Assembly: GCA_964351865.1 (NCBI GenBank)
Contig: CAYGPJ010000008.1
Location: 34,853-98,852, forward strand
Length of the DNA stretch: 64,000 nucleotides
From: an uncultured Blastochloridaceae bacterium
Lineage (GTDB): Bacteria > Verrucomicrobiota > Verrucomicrobiia > Methylacidiphilales > JBCBYL01
Direction of reading: 5' to 3'
The notes under the pieces are model-generated. The model had not been told where the DNA came from. It searched no databases and saw only the letters and a program-made list of their open reading frames with translations. The stretch's first letter is position 1, and each line of letters begins with the position of its first letter. Both the position numbers and the translations under genes were made by a program. Below, piece by piece: positions 31,520-41,945 of this stretch.

Positions 31520-33652
31520 ATGATCATGGGAACACGCGCATACAGCCTGGAAAGGACTCGAAATATCGGGATCTGTGCGCACATCGATGCGGGTAAGACT
31601 ACCCTCACCGAACGTATTCTCTTTTACACTGGCATGGTTCATAAGATGGGTGAAGTTCATGACGGTTCTGCAGTCACGGACTGGATGGAGCAGGAACGTG
31701 AGCGTGGAATTACCATCACCTCTGCCGCAACGACCTGTTTCTGGCCTGTGAAGAGCGAGGCAGGTATGGCGAAGATCTTCGCTGATACCAAAAATCGCAT
31801 TAATATTATTGATACTCCGGGGCACGTTGATTTTACCGCTGAAGTAGAACGTTCTCTACGAGTCCTGGACGGCGCCATCGCTGTATTTTGTGGGGTGGCC
31901 GGGGTTCAGCCTCAGTCTGAAACCGTCTGGCGCCAAGCTACTAAATACAAGGTGCCACGCATCGCTTTCATTAATAAAATGGATCGCACCGGTGCCGATT
32001 TCAATGCAGCGATTGCATCGATGCGCGATAAGTTAAACGCACCTGCTTGGCCAGTGCTGATTCCGCTCGGTGCAGAAGAAAGCCTCAAAGGGCAAATCGA
32101 TGTCATCAACCAGCGTGTGATCACTTATAATGACGACGACACCTTGGGATCCACTTACCAAATTCACGAACTTTCTGGAGATCAGCAGGAAATGGTCCTC
32201 CAGGCACGTGCGGAACTGATTGAAGCTCTGGCAGATCGTGACGATATCATGGCTGAAATTTTCCTCGGTGAAAGCGAGCCTACCGCCCATGACATCAAAG
32301 CGGCCATTCGCCGTCAGACGATTGCCAATAAATTTGTACCCGTAGTCGGTGGGTCCGCCTTTAAAAACAAGGGAGTTCAAGCACTGCTGGATGCCGTGAT
32401 CGATTACCTGCCGAGCCCGCTGGACATCCCTGTCGCCGTTGGCCAGCACCCGGATGATGCGGAAGAAGACGTGCAGGCCCCGACCAAAGACGACGCTAAG
32501 TTTTGTGCGCTGGCTTTCAAACTTTTTGCCGATCCATTTGTTGGAAAACTGATTTATTTCCGTGTTTATTCCGGCACCCTCAAAAAAGGTGACACCATTT
32601 TTAATCCGCGCACTGGCAAAAAAGAACGCATCAGCCGCCTGATTCAAGTTCAGGCCGACAAGCGTGAAGAGTTGGATGAAGTATTTGCCGGCGATATCGT
32701 GGCTACGGTCGGACTGAAAGACATCAAGACTGGTGACACCTTCAGCGACCAGAGCTTTAAGATCATTCTTGAGCCACCTAGTTTCCCGGAACCCGTGATT
32801 TCCATGGCAATTGAGCCGAAAACACAGGCAGACCGTGAAAAATTAGGGGAATCCCTTCAGCGTCTGGCTGAAGAAGATCCTACTTTTCAGGTGCAGTCCG
32901 ACGAAGAAACCGGCCAGACCATCATCAAGGGAATGGGCGAGCTTCACCTCGATATCATTTGCGATCGCCTTAATCGTGAATTCAACGTCAGAACCAATGC
33001 CGGTGCGCCACAGATCGCCTATCGCGAAACGATTACTAAGCAGGCAACAGGTGAAGGCAAGCTGATCAAACAGTCTGGTGGACGCGGACAGTATGGGCAT
33101 GTGATTCTGGACATCGCTCCCGTGGAACGCGGTAAAGGTATTTCAATCGAAGACAAAGTAGTCGGAGGTAACATTCCGCGCGAATTTATGGGTGCCGTCC
33201 GTAAAGGTATCCAGGAAGCGCTGATCAACGGTGTCATCGCTGGCAGCCAAGTCATTGACGTGCATGTCAATATTCTTGATGGAAGCTCACATGACGTGGA
33301 TTCCAACGAACTTGCTTTCAAATTGGCTGCACAATTTGCCGTCAAAGACGCAATGGATAAGGCTGGACCGGTATTGCTGGAGCCGATGATGAACGTAGAA
33401 GTCATCACTCCAGATGAATATCAGGGAGATATTTTAGGTGACATCAATCGCCGTCGCGGACAGATCAATGATGTCAAATCCAAGGATGAAACGACCACTC
33501 TGGATGCACAGGTGCCGTTGGCCGAAATGTTCGGCTACGTCAACACCCTACGATCCCTCAGCCGGGGCCGTGCCGCTTATTCGATGGAACCCTCACATTT
33601 CGAAACAGTTCCCACAGGAACACTCAACCAATTAATGGAACAAAAAGGTTAA
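31520..33652 (+). CDS. fusA: elongation factor G
   Basis: 710 aa. Contains [17 protein letters not shown] and NKMDR. Confidence 0.97.
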   Translation: MIMGTRAYSLERTRNIGICAHIDAGKTTLTERILFYTGMVHKMGEVHDGSAVTDWMEQERERGITITSAATTCFWPVKSEAGMAKIFADTKNRINIIDTPGHVDFTAEVERSLRVLDGAIAVFCGVAGVQPQSETVWRQATKYKVPRIAFINKMDRTGADFNAAIASMRDKLNAPAWPVLIPLGAEESLKGQIDVINQRVITYNDDDTLGSTYQIHELSGDQQEMVLQARAELIEALADRDDIMAEIFLGESEPTAHDIKAAIRRQTIANKFVPVVGGSAFKNKGVQALLDAVIDYLPSPLDIPVAVGQHPDDAEEDVQAPTKDDAKFCALAFKLFADPFVGKLIYFRVYSGTLKKGDTIFNPRTGKKERISRLIQVQADKREELDEVFAGDIVATVGLKDIKTGDTFSDQSFKIILEPPSFPEPVISMAIEPKTQADREKLGESLQRLAEEDPTFQVQSDEETGQTIIKGMGELHLDIICDRLNREFNVRTNAGAPQIAYRETITKQATGEGKLIKQSGGRGQYGHVILDIAPVERGKGISIEDKVVGGNIPREFMGAVRKGIQEALINGVIAGSQVIDVHVNILDGSSHDVDSNELAFKLAAQFAVKDAMDKAGPVLLEPMMNVEVITPDEYQGDILGDINRRRGQINDVKSKDETTTLDAQVPLAEMFGYVNTLRSLSRGRAAYSMEPSHFETVPTGTLNQLMEQKG

Positions 33653-33656
33653 ATTT

Positions 33657-33965
33657 ATGGCAGCTACAACAATTCGCATACGACTCAAAGGCTTTGACTA
33701 TCGCCTGATCGATAAGGCAGCGACTGAAATCAGTGAAACGGCCGTCCGCACCGGATCCCGCGTTGCTGGTCCCATTCCATTGCCGACCAAAATCGAACGC
33801 TATAGTGTAAACCGTTCACCCCATGTAGATAAAAAGAGCAGTGAGGCATTTGAAATCCGCACGCACAAGCGTTTACTGGATATCGTCGAACCGTCCGCTA
33901 AGACCGTCGACGAATTGAAAAAACTCAATCTTCCTGCCGGTGTTGATATCACGATCAAAATCTGA
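33657..33965 (+). CDS. rpsJ: 30S ribosomal protein S10
   Basis: 102 aa. [17 protein letters not shown]...GPIPLPTK...RSPHVDKKS. Confidence 0.97.
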   Translation: MAATTIRIRLKGFDYRLIDKAATEISETAVRTGSRVAGPIPLPTKIERYSVNRSPHVDKKSSEAFEIRTHKRLLDIVEPSAKTVDELKKLNLPAGVDITIKI

Positions 33966-34018
33966 CCTGATAGCGCTGAAATAAGAACAGGAACGTTTAT
34001 TGTAAACAGGAGACCATC

Positions 34019-34678
34019 ATGAGTATTGGAATTTTAGGAAAAAAAGTCGGAATGACTCGCATCTTCGATAAAACGGGAGCATCAATCGCTGTCACAGTGA
34101 TTGAAGCTGAACCGAACGAAGTCACCCAAGTGAAAACCGTTGAAAAAGAAGGGTTTAGCGCTGTTCAGGTCGGATATGACGACATGAAAGAAAAATCGGC
34201 CACTAAGCCGATGTTGGGACACTTCAAAAAAGCAGGCGTGAAGCCCAAGCGTAAATTGAAGGAATACCGCATCGACGGTGAAGAAACTCTCGAAGTAGGT
34301 TCGACGATTGGGGTTGATCGTTTTGAGGAAGGTCAGTTAGTCGACATCATCGGTCTGTCTAAAGGACGTGGCTTTCAGGGTGTAGTGCATCGCTATAATT
34401 TCAAAGGGCAACCCGCCTCTCATGGTTCCAAGATGCACCGTCGCACCGGTTCGGTCGGAGCAGGGTCTACTCCCGGTCTGGTCTGGAAAAACCAGAAGAT
34501 GCCGGGTCATATGGGAACGACTAAAGTAACGGTACAAAACCTTAAGGTGATGCAAGTCCGTGGTGAAGATCACGTGTTGTTGATTAAGGGAGCAGTTCCG
34601 GGTGCTAAAGGAAGTTATGTGATGGTTCGTGATGCCATTAAAGGGCAGAAGAACCGCAAGGATGGAGACAATAAATAA
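34019..34678 (+). CDS. rplC: 50S ribosomal protein L3
   Basis: 219 aa. GILGKKVGMTRIF...GKGFQGVVHRYNF. Confidence 0.97.
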   Translation: MSIGILGKKVGMTRIFDKTGASIAVTVIEAEPNEVTQVKTVEKEGFSAVQVGYDDMKEKSATKPMLGHFKKAGVKPKRKLKEYRIDGEETLEVGSTIGVDRFEEGQLVDIIGLSKGRGFQGVVHRYNFKGQPASHGSKMHRRTGSVGAGSTPGLVWKNQKMPGHMGTTKVTVQNLKVMQVRGEDHVLLIKGAVPGAKGSYVMVRDAIKGQKNRKDGDNK

Positions 34679-35289
34679 TGAGCGCAAAAGCATTAGATTT
34701 TTCAGCAGCTGAGTCTGCTCTCGGGATAAAGCTGATTCCTAACGGTATCGGAACCCAGGCATTGCATGACACCATCATTGGTTACCGTGCTAATCGCCGT
34801 CAGGGAACGGTCGCCACTCTGACTAAAGGAATGGTCGCCGGTTCCGGTTCCAAACCGTATCGTCAAAAAGGTACGGGTAACGCTCGTGCCGGTTACATCG
34901 CTTCTCCGGTTCGCCGTGGTGGTGGTGTGGTATTCGGACCGCAGCCACGGGATTATTCTCAGAAGTTGCCTAAGAAAGTTCGTCGTCTGGCATTGCGGAA
35001 AGCTGTCAGTGAAGCGGCTAAAAGCGGTAAGCTTTTCTCTGCCTCTGCGTTGAAGCTGGAAGCACCGAAAACTAAGGAATTGGCAGCTTGGATCAAGAAA
35101 AGCAATCTGGCCGAGTCTCTCCTGATCATCACCAACGAAGTCAACGAAGCACTGGTACTTTCTGCTCGCAACTTGCCTAAAGTAGTGGTCATGCATGCAG
35201 CCGAAGTCAATGCGGAACAAGTCCTCCGTCCTAAACACGTGGTGGTGCTCGACGACGCAGTCGCGACTCTTGCGGAAAGGATTAAATAA
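34678..35289 (+). CDS. rplD: 50S ribosomal protein L4
   Basis: 203 aa. KPYRQKGTGNARAGYIASPVRRGGGVVFGP. Confidence 0.95.
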   Translation: MSAKALDFSAAESALGIKLIPNGIGTQALHDTIIGYRANRRQGTVATLTKGMVAGSGSKPYRQKGTGNARAGYIASPVRRGGGVVFGPQPRDYSQKLPKKVRRLALRKAVSEAAKSGKLFSASALKLEAPKTKELAAWIKKSNLAESLLIITNEVNEALVLSARNLPKVVVMHAAEVNAEQVLRPKHVVVLDDAVATLAERIK

Positions 35290-35290
35290 G

Positions 35291-35575
35291 ATGAGAAACC
35301 CATACGATATCGTCAAAACCGCTCGTATCACGGAAAAGACCACCGGTCTGACCGAACTGAACAACAGCTATGTGTTCGAAGTAGATACCAAAGCGACCAA
35401 AGTAGAAATTTCAGAAGCCATTCAGACCATCTTTAAGAAGAAGGTAGAACGTGTGAACACGATGAATGTCAAAGGTAAGAAAAAGCGTCTGCGGACTGCC
35501 CATTACGGATTCACCCCGAAATGGAAAAAAGCCATTGTCACGCTCAAGGAAGGCGAGTCGATTGACCTCGTCTAA
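35291..35575 (+). CDS. rplW: 50S ribosomal protein L23
   Basis: 94 aa from ATG 35291 ([17 protein letters not shown]...). The track start 35195 overlaps the rplD 3' end. Confidence 0.93.
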   Translation: MRNPYDIVKTARITEKTTGLTELNNSYVFEVDTKATKVEISEAIQTIFKKKVERVNTMNVKGKKKRLRTAHYGFTPKWKKAIVTLKEGESIDLV

Positions 35576-35592
35576 AGCCAGGAGATTACACC

Positions 35593-36435
35593 ATGCCATT
35601 AAAAACATTTAAACCGATTACTCCGTCTCAGCGTTATGCTGAGCTAGCGGACAACTCCGATCTGACTGTTGGAAATCAGCCTGAGAAATCACTGCTGCGT
35701 CCGCTTAAGAAGTCCGGAGGACGTAACAACAACGGTCGCATTACCGCACGCCACCGTGGCGGAGGACATAAACGCAAATATCGTGTTATCGATTGGAAGC
35801 GCAACCGTCGTGATGAAGCCGCAGAAGTGCTGACGATTGAATACGATCCAAACCGCACTGCGCGTATCGCTTTGGTCCAGTATGCTGACAAGGAGCGCCG
35901 TTACATTGTCGCTCCAGATAAGCTCAAGGTGGGGGATAAAATCGAAGCAGGCGAAAAAGCGGCTCCTACCGTTGGGAACTGTCTGCCCTTAAAATCTATC
36001 CCGGTTGGTATTGAAATTCACAATATCGAAATGATCCCAGGCCGTGGTGGACAAATTGTGCGTTCCGCAGGATCTGCGGCTACGTCGATGGGTTTCTCCG
36101 GTGGCTACGCACAGATCAAACTGCCTTCTGGCGAGATCCGTCAGATCAATGTGGAATGTTACGCCGTGATCGGTCAGGTCAGCAATGTCCAGCATGAAAA
36201 TATCGTTCTAGGTAAAGCCGGACGTAATCGCTGGAAGGGACGTCGACCACAAACACGTGGTATGGCGATGAACCCGGTAGATCACCCCAATGGTGGTGGT
36301 GAAGGAAAGAGTAAGAGTGGTGGTGGACGCCAACATCTATGCTCCCCATGGGGAAAAGTAGCTCGTGGTCTGAAGACGCGTCGTAAACACAAGTCTTCCA
36401 GCACCTTCATCGTTCAAAGCCGCAAGAAAAAATAA
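35593..36435 (+). CDS. rplB: 50S ribosomal protein L2
   Basis: 280 aa. [16 protein letters not shown]...[16 protein letters not shown]. Confidence 0.97.
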   Translation: MPLKTFKPITPSQRYAELADNSDLTVGNQPEKSLLRPLKKSGGRNNNGRITARHRGGGHKRKYRVIDWKRNRRDEAAEVLTIEYDPNRTARIALVQYADKERRYIVAPDKLKVGDKIEAGEKAAPTVGNCLPLKSIPVGIEIHNIEMIPGRGGQIVRSAGSAATSMGFSGGYAQIKLPSGEIRQINVECYAVIGQVSNVQHENIVLGKAGRNRWKGRRPQTRGMAMNPVDHPNGGGEGKSKSGGGRQHLCSPWGKVARGLKTRRKHKSSSTFIVQSRKKK

Positions 36436-36447
36436 GGAACCAAATTT

Positions 36448-36726
36448 ATGCCTCGTAGTTTGAAAAAAGGACCGTTCGTCGATTACCATTTGCAGGAAAA
36501 AATCGACAAAGCGAATAATGAAGGAAGCAAGAAGCCAATTAAAACCTGGTCTCGGCGCTCGATGATTACCCCTGAATTTGTAGGACATACCTTCATGGTT
36601 CATGGTGGAAAAACTTTTAATTCCGTTTTTGTAACAGAAAACATGGTGGGACATCGCCTCGGAGAATTTTCTCCAACCCGTATCTTCAGACGGCATGGTG
36701 GTCACACTGAAAAAGCTGGCAAGTAA
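36448..36726 (+). CDS. rpsS: 30S ribosomal protein S19
   Basis: 92 aa. [12 protein letters not shown]...[10 protein letters not shown]...[11 protein letters not shown]. Confidence 0.97.
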   Translation: MPRSLKKGPFVDYHLQEKIDKANNEGSKKPIKTWSRRSMITPEFVGHTFMVHGGKTFNSVFVTENMVGHRLGEFSPTRIFRRHGGHTEKAGK

Positions 36727-36732
36727 CCGGCG

Positions 36733-37461
36733 ATGATGAAGCCTGCAGGAAGAGTAGGCATTGTGGGGATGATCATGCTGAGCATGGTGCTTCCCCGCCT
36801 CGAAGCGAAAAATGCTTCGAGTAGATCTTTAACAGACGATAGTGAGAGAGTAGCCGATCTGAAAAATCAGATTAGCAGACTCGAAGAAAGTTTGGCACTG
36901 GCCAATACTGAAGCGGATTACTTCCACAAGAAGTGGCTGGAGCTTCGGTTGAAAGTCGAGGCGCTGGGAATTGAGGCTCTGACGGCCAATGAAAAAAGCC
37001 TGGAGGAGAAAAACATTCGCTTGCTCGGAGAATTGTTCCGGAGTGAAAAAAACAAGATGAGCCTGGAGAAGGCGATTACGGATTATCTGGAGGCAGACGA
37101 GGCTTTTAAACAAGCTCGACCGATGGAAACAGCTAAATTCCGAGCCGAACTTGAAGGGGCGCGCCGCACGTTGTTAACGCTTTTATATGGTAAAAGTGGA
37201 GACATCAGCATCGCTGCCAACTTGAACGAAGGTCAGGTGACCATCTTCGATGAACAGACTCAGATCGCTATTGTAAATTTTGGAAAAGCACAGGGGGCTA
37301 TGGTGGGAACTCCTTTCAGAATACTGGAAGAGAATGAAGTCATTGGCCGTTGCCGGTTGATTGAGGTGAGAGAATACCTCAGCGCCGCCCTGGTAGAAGA
37401 TTTGGTTAAAAATAAAACAGTGCAACCGGGAAACCGGTTGCTTATGGACACAGTGAAATAA
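36733..37461 (+). CDS. non-ribosomal secreted/membrane-anchored coiled-coil protein embedded in the S10 operon (hypothetical)
   Basis: 242 aa. It has an N-terminal signal/anchor (MMKPAGRVGIVGMIMLSMVLPRLEA) and about 140 aa of heptad-rich sequence. Its C-terminal 74-aa domain aligns without gaps to the C-terminus of ORF 1859-2692. It sits 6 nt after the rpsS stop and 6 nt before the rplV start. Confidence 0.75.
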   Translation: MMKPAGRVGIVGMIMLSMVLPRLEAKNASSRSLTDDSERVADLKNQISRLEESLALANTEADYFHKKWLELRLKVEALGIEALTANEKSLEEKNIRLLGELFRSEKNKMSLEKAITDYLEADEAFKQARPMETAKFRAELEGARRTLLTLLYGKSGDISIAANLNEGQVTIFDEQTQIAIVNFGKAQGAMVGTPFRILEENEVIGRCRLIEVREYLSAALVEDLVKNKTVQPGNRLLMDTVK

Positions 37462-37467
37462 AAAGTT

Positions 37468-37923
37468 ATGGCAGTAAAAGCAGTCACAAAATATACGCGT
37501 ATGTCCGCCTTCAAGGCGCGGAACGTCGCACGACATATCCAGGGCAGACCCGCATTGGACGCGCTGGAATTATTAGAATTTTATCCGCAGAAAGCGGCTA
37601 GACTCATCAGCAAAACGCTGAAGAGCGCTATCGCTAATGCGGAAAATAACGATGCGTTAGATCCCGCTACCTTGATCGTCAAGGAAGCGACGATCGGAGA
37701 AGGCCCGACCTTCAAGCGTTTCCGCCCGAAAGCGCGTGGATCTGCTGGACCGATCCGCAAGCGCACCAGCCATATTCGCATCATTTTGGACGAACGTGCC
37801 GAAGCGCCTGAAGCGCCTAAAAAGAAAACTGCTAAGAAGGCAGCTAAAACAGCGGCTAAGAAAACAGCGGCTAAAAAGTCAGCTAAGAAAGCTGCTGAGA
37901 AAACAACGGACAAAGAAAGTTAA
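37468..37923 (+). CDS. rplV: 50S ribosomal protein L22 with a Lys/Ala-rich C-terminal tail
   Basis: 151 aa. The L22 core is KARNVARHIQGRPALDALELLEF...GPTFKRFRPKARGSAGPIRKRTSHI. The tail is APKKKTAKKAAKTAAKKTAAKKSAKKAAEKTTDKES. Confidence 0.95.
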   Translation: MAVKAVTKYTRMSAFKARNVARHIQGRPALDALELLEFYPQKAARLISKTLKSAIANAENNDALDPATLIVKEATIGEGPTFKRFRPKARGSAGPIRKRTSHIRIILDERAEAPEAPKKKTAKKAAKTAAKKTAAKKSAKKAAEKTTDKES

Positions 37924-37926
37924 GTT

Positions 37927-38571
37927 ATGGGACAGAAAGTAAATCCAATCGGATTCCGTGTCGGAGTCAATCGCAACTGGCGTTCACTCTGGTATGCCAA
38001 CAAGAAAGATTTTCCAATCTTTGTTAACGAAGATTACCGTATTCGTCAGTTCCTGAAGAAGCGCCTGGCAACAGCTGCGGTTTCCAAGGTTCTTATCGAA
38101 CGTGCTTCAAACCGTCTGCGGGTGAATATCTTTACCGCACGTCCGGGTGTCGTGATCGGACGTAAAGCTTCCGAGCTGGATAAAATCAAAGAAGAAATTC
38201 GCGCTATGGTTCCACTTCGTGATGTCATGGTTGACGTCAAGGAAGTCAAGAATCCAGAGCTGGATGCCCAGTTGGTCGCAGAAAACATTGCATTGCAGCT
38301 CGAACGTCGTATCGCATTTCGTCGTGCGATGAAAAAGTCTTTGCAGACTACCATGGATTTTGGAGCTGAAGGAATTCGTGTCCGCTGTGCCGGGCGACTG
38401 CAGGGAGCTGAAATTGCTCGTTCTGAGGAATACCGTCAAGGCAAGGTGCCATTACATACCTTGCGTGCCAATATCGACTATGGAACCGCCGAAGCGCATA
38501 CCGCAGCAGGTATCATCGGTATTAAAGTATGGATTTGTTTAAAGGAGGAAGTTGCTAAAAAGGCGGCTTAA
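37927..38571 (+). CDS. rpsC: 30S ribosomal protein S3
   Basis: 214 aa. [18 protein letters not shown]... plus the KH domain. Confidence 0.97.
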   Translation: MGQKVNPIGFRVGVNRNWRSLWYANKKDFPIFVNEDYRIRQFLKKRLATAAVSKVLIERASNRLRVNIFTARPGVVIGRKASELDKIKEEIRAMVPLRDVMVDVKEVKNPELDAQLVAENIALQLERRIAFRRAMKKSLQTTMDFGAEGIRVRCAGRLQGAEIARSEEYRQGKVPLHTLRANIDYGTAEAHTAAGIIGIKVWICLKEEVAKKAA

Positions 38572-38577
38572 AGAATT

Positions 38578-39003
38578 ATGCCATTATTACCAAAACGCGT
38601 AAAACATCGTAAGCAGCAGCGTGGTTCCCGCGCTGGAAATGCCAAACGTGGAACCGCACTCTCTTTCGGTTCGTATGGACTGCAGGCTCTGGACCGGGGT
38701 TGGATTACCAATACCCAGATCGAAGCTTGTCGTGTCGCCATCAACCGTAACATGAAACGTAAGGGTAAACTCTGGATTCGGGTCTTTCCTGATAAACCAG
38801 TTTCCAAAAGACCTCCTGAAACTCGTATGGGTAAAGGTAAGTCGAATCCGGAATATTGGGTAGCGGTGATCCGCCCCGGTCGGATGCTTTTTGAAGTCGA
38901 TGGACTTCCTGAATCGATCGCACGTGAATCGATCCGCCTGGCTGCTAATAAGCTGCCGATCCGGACTCGCTTTATTACCCGTGAAAGGAAACTAGTAGCA
39001 TGA
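38578..39003 (+). CDS. rplP: 50S ribosomal protein L16
   Basis: 141 aa. [16 protein letters not shown]...[14 protein letters not shown]. Confidence 0.97.
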   Translation: MPLLPKRVKHRKQQRGSRAGNAKRGTALSFGSYGLQALDRGWITNTQIEACRVAINRNMKRKGKLWIRVFPDKPVSKRPPETRMGKGKSNPEYWVAVIRPGRMLFEVDGLPESIARESIRLAANKLPIRTRFITRERKLVA

Positions 39004-39212
39004 AGAATGATGAAATCCGTGGAATGAGTGACGCTGAACTGGAAGCAAAAACTCAGGAACTGCGCCATGAGCGTTTGAACCTGAAAATCCAGCAGCAAAG
39101 CGGGCAGTTGGAACGCCCTACCCGCCTGCACGAAATCCGCAAAACAATTGCCCGTATCGAAACGATTCGCAGCGAACGCCGTTTGGCCGCTGTGAGCGAG
39201 ACGGCGAAATAA
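39000..39212 (+). CDS. rpmC: 50S ribosomal protein L29
   Basis: 70 aa. [26 protein letters not shown]. Position between rplP and rpsQ. Confidence 0.92.
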   Translation: MKNDEIRGMSDAELEAKTQELRHERLNLKIQQQSGQLERPTRLHEIRKTIARIETIRSERRLAAVSETAK

Positions 39213-39231
39213 TTTAACTTGGTTGTTGCAT

Positions 39232-39528
39232 ATGAGTGAATCCACTGTAGAAAAGTCCGCTCCCTTAGCCTCTGATTCAGAGAATAAGGGGTTAGCAAGA
39301 GAGCGAATCGGGAACGTTGTTTCCGATAAAATGGAGAAGACGATTATTGTCGAAGTGACACGTCGCGTTCCCCATCCGCTTTATAAAAAGATTATTAAAA
39401 AGTCCCAACGCTTCCATGTGCATGATGCTGATGGTAAGGCAGTTGTAGGAGACCGGGTTAGCATTGAAGAATGCCGCCCCGTGAGTCGTCAGAAACGCTG
39501 GCGCTTGAAAGAAATACTGAAACACTAA
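39232..39528 (+). CDS. rpsQ: 30S ribosomal protein S17
   Basis: [42 protein letters not shown] 39232 is preferred over the TTG at 39223. Confidence 0.93.
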   Translation: MSESTVEKSAPLASDSENKGLARERIGNVVSDKMEKTIIVEVTRRVPHPLYKKIIKKSQRFHVHDADGKAVVGDRVSIEECRPVSRQKRWRLKEILKH

Positions 39529-39538
39529 GGAATTTGGA

Positions 39539-39904
39539 ATGATTCAATTACTGTCATGGTTAGATGTAGCCGATAACTCGGGCGCTCGACGCGCTCAGAT
39601 GATCGGTGTAATCGGCAAGCGGACCAAAACCGCTGGAGTGGGTGATATTATCACCGCCAATATTAAAGAGGCAGCTCCCGACGGAACGGTCAAGAAAAGC
39701 GAAGTGGTTCGTGCGGTTGTCGTGCGTACCTCTGCGCCAGTGCGTCGTCCGGATGGATCTGTCTTACGTTTCGATAGCAATGCGATTGTCGTTATCGATA
39801 AGGATAAGAACCCTCGTGGAACACGTATTTTCGGGCCAGTGGCTCGGGAATTGCGCGATAAGAATTTCATGAAAATCATTTCTCTGGCACCGGAGGTACT
39901 ATAA
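39539..39904 (+). CDS. rplN: 50S ribosomal protein L14
   Basis: 121 aa. MIQ...[10 protein letters not shown]...[11 protein letters not shown]. Confidence 0.97.
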   Translation: MIQLLSWLDVADNSGARRAQMIGVIGKRTKTAGVGDIITANIKEAAPDGTVKKSEVVRAVVVRTSAPVRRPDGSVLRFDSNAIVVIDKDKNPRGTRIFGPVARELRDKNFMKIISLAPEVL

Positions 39905-40188
39905 TGAGCACTATCACTTTACCTAGAAAATTTCATGTGAAGCGTAATGATGAAGTTACGGTCATCAGCGGCTCCCATAAGGGCAAATCAGGTCGCGTGT
40001 TGCAGGTGATCCGCGGGAATGCACGTGTCATCGTGGAAGGCGTCAATGTTCGCAAAAAAGCGCTTCGCCCTACCCAGGAGAATCCCAAAGGTGGCTTTGA
40101 AGAAAAAGAGTCTCCGATTCACATCTCCAATTTAAAAGTCACTAAAGCCGCGGACAACAAAGCCGGTGACAAGAAGAAAAAGAAATAA
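39904..40188 (+). CDS. rplX: 50S ribosomal protein L24
   Basis: 94 aa. KOW motif DEVTVISGSHKGKSGRVLQV. Confidence 0.93.
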   Translation: MSTITLPRKFHVKRNDEVTVISGSHKGKSGRVLQVIRGNARVIVEGVNVRKKALRPTQENPKGGFEEKESPIHISNLKVTKAADNKAGDKKKKK

Positions 40189-40197
40189 GGCATCGGT

Positions 40198-40773
40198 ATG
40201 GATATTGTAGAATTTAGAACAGATTACAAAGAGCGGATCGTACCCGCTCTGATGAAAAGTCGTGGATATAAAAATATCACGGAAGTTCCCAGAATACAGA
40301 AAGTAGTCGTGAACTGCTCGGTGGGTTCCGCTAACGACATTAAAGCAGCACTTGAAGATGCGGTTCATGATATTTCCATCATTACCGGTCAGAAACCTGC
40401 TCGCACCCGTGCTCGCTTGAGTATCTCGAATTTTAAACTCCGTGAAGGTATGGAAATCGGCTGCAAAGTCACCCTGCGCGGCAACCAGATGTATGACTTC
40501 CTCACACGCCTGATTTGCATCGCACTTCCTAGTATTCGCGATTTTCGTGGAGTCTCTCCGAAAGCTTTCGATGGACGTGGTGCCTACACTTTGGGCATCA
40601 GTGATCACAGTATCTTTCCGGAACTCGAACTGGACAAAATTAAAAGACAACTCGGTATGGATATCACGATTGTGACCTCGGGCAAGAACGCCGCCGAAAC
40701 CCGTGAACTGCTTGACCTCTTCGGTATGCCGTTCTCAGACAAAAAGCCGCAGGAAGCCGCGGCTGCTAATTAA
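40198..40773 (+). CDS. rplE: 50S ribosomal protein L5
   Basis: 191 aa. [34 protein letters not shown]. Confidence 0.96.
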   Translation: MDIVEFRTDYKERIVPALMKSRGYKNITEVPRIQKVVVNCSVGSANDIKAALEDAVHDISIITGQKPARTRARLSISNFKLREGMEIGCKVTLRGNQMYDFLTRLICIALPSIRDFRGVSPKAFDGRGAYTLGISDHSIFPELELDKIKRQLGMDITIVTSGKNAAETRELLDLFGMPFSDKKPQEAAAAN

Positions 40774-40787
40774 CAGGAATAAGACCT

Positions 40788-40973
40788 ATGGCTAAGAAAT
40801 CATGGATTGTTAAACAGAAACGCACGCCGAAATTTTCGTCTCGTGGATACAACCGCTGCAGCATCACCGGTCGTCGCCGTGCATACATTCGCAAATTCGG
40901 TATCAGCCGTATTCAATTTCGGGAAATGGCACTGCGTGGAGAAATCCCCGGTGTCACTAAGGCCAGCTGGTAA
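40788..40973 (+). CDS. rpsN: 30S ribosomal protein S14, short (61-aa, type-Z length) form lacking three of the four zinc cysteines
   Basis: [61 protein letters not shown]. The expected CxxC...CxxC positions read C..T ... S..Q. Confidence 0.93.
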   Translation: MAKKSWIVKQKRTPKFSSRGYNRCSITGRRRAYIRKFGISRIQFREMALRGEIPGVTKASW

Positions 40974-40990
40974 GTAACAGGAAAAAAACT

Positions 40991-41383
40991 ATGCAAAGTG
41001 ATCCCCTAGCAGATTTTATTACAGCCATCCGGAATGCCAATGCGGTGTCCAAACAGGATGTGTTGACCCCTCATTCGCGGATGAAGGCTGATGTTGCCGA
41101 CATTCTCAAGCGTGAAGGATTTATTGAAGATTTTGAACTTCAGACCGTTGATGGTAAGCCGAAGTTACATGTTCGCATGAAAACAAACGGTGCACTAAAG
41201 CCCATCAAAGGATTGAAGAAAATTTCCCGTCCCGGTCTACGCCGCTATGTCGGCTCCAGCGAAATTCCTAAAGTCCTGGGAGGACTTGGATTCGCCATCC
41301 TCTCCACCTCGAAAGGATTGATGACTGGACACGATGCTCAAAAAGAAAATGTAGGAGGCGAGGTCCTCATTTACGTCTGGTAA
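40991..41383 (+). CDS. rpsH: 30S ribosomal protein S8
   Basis: 130 aa. DPLADFITAIRNAN...GGEVLIYVW. Confidence 0.96.
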   Translation: MQSDPLADFITAIRNANAVSKQDVLTPHSRMKADVADILKREGFIEDFELQTVDGKPKLHVRMKTNGALKPIKGLKKISRPGLRRYVGSSEIPKVLGGLGFAILSTSKGLMTGHDAQKENVGGEVLIYVW

Positions 41384-41388
41384 TTGTC

Positions 41389-41931
41389 ATGTCACGTATT
41401 GGAAATAAAGTTATAGAAGTACCCGATAAGGTCAAAGTGACCATCGAGGGTAAAGAAGTGAAGGTGGAAGGTCCCAAGGGCAATCTGTCTTATACGATGT
41501 CGGATCGTGTATCTGCTAAATTTGAAGACGGTGTGATTACCGTGGCTCGTCATGCGGAAACCAAAAAGGATAAGGCATTTCATGGCCTGACTCGCTCGCT
41601 GATTCAGAACATGATCATCGGAACCAGCGAAGGTTATACCAAAACACTGTTGATTACCGGTGTAGGTTTCCGTGCTGCGGTGAAAGGCAGTGAAGTGAAC
41701 CTGGCGCTCGGTTTCTCTCATCCAATCAACCACCCGATTCCAGAAGGAATCAGTGTGAAGGTAGAAGATAATACCAAGATCACCATCGAAGGAATTGATA
41801 AACAAAAAGTGGGTGCTGTAGCCGCTGATATTCGTAGCTACTACCCGCCTGAGCCTTACAAGGGCAAGGGAGTTCGTTACGATGATGAAATCATCCGTCG
41901 TAAGGAAGGTAAGACCGCTCAAGGTAAATAA
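41389..41931 (+). CDS. rplF: 50S ribosomal protein L6
   Basis: 180 aa. [17 protein letters not shown]...GVGFRA...YKGKGVRY. Confidence 0.96.
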   Translation: MSRIGNKVIEVPDKVKVTIEGKEVKVEGPKGNLSYTMSDRVSAKFEDGVITVARHAETKKDKAFHGLTRSLIQNMIIGTSEGYTKTLLITGVGFRAAVKGSEVNLALGFSHPINHPIPEGISVKVEDNTKITIEGIDKQKVGAVAADIRSYYPPEPYKGKGVRYDDEIIRRKEGKTAQGK

Positions 41932-41945
41932 TTAGGTCCAAGATT

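Noticed and set aside
38568-39245. 225-aa ORF antisense to rplP/rpmC, and a 220-aa ORF at 34702-35364 antisense to rplD
   Set aside because: These are shadow ORFs opposite ribosomal protein genes. No recognisable domains were seen and there is no room for promoters.
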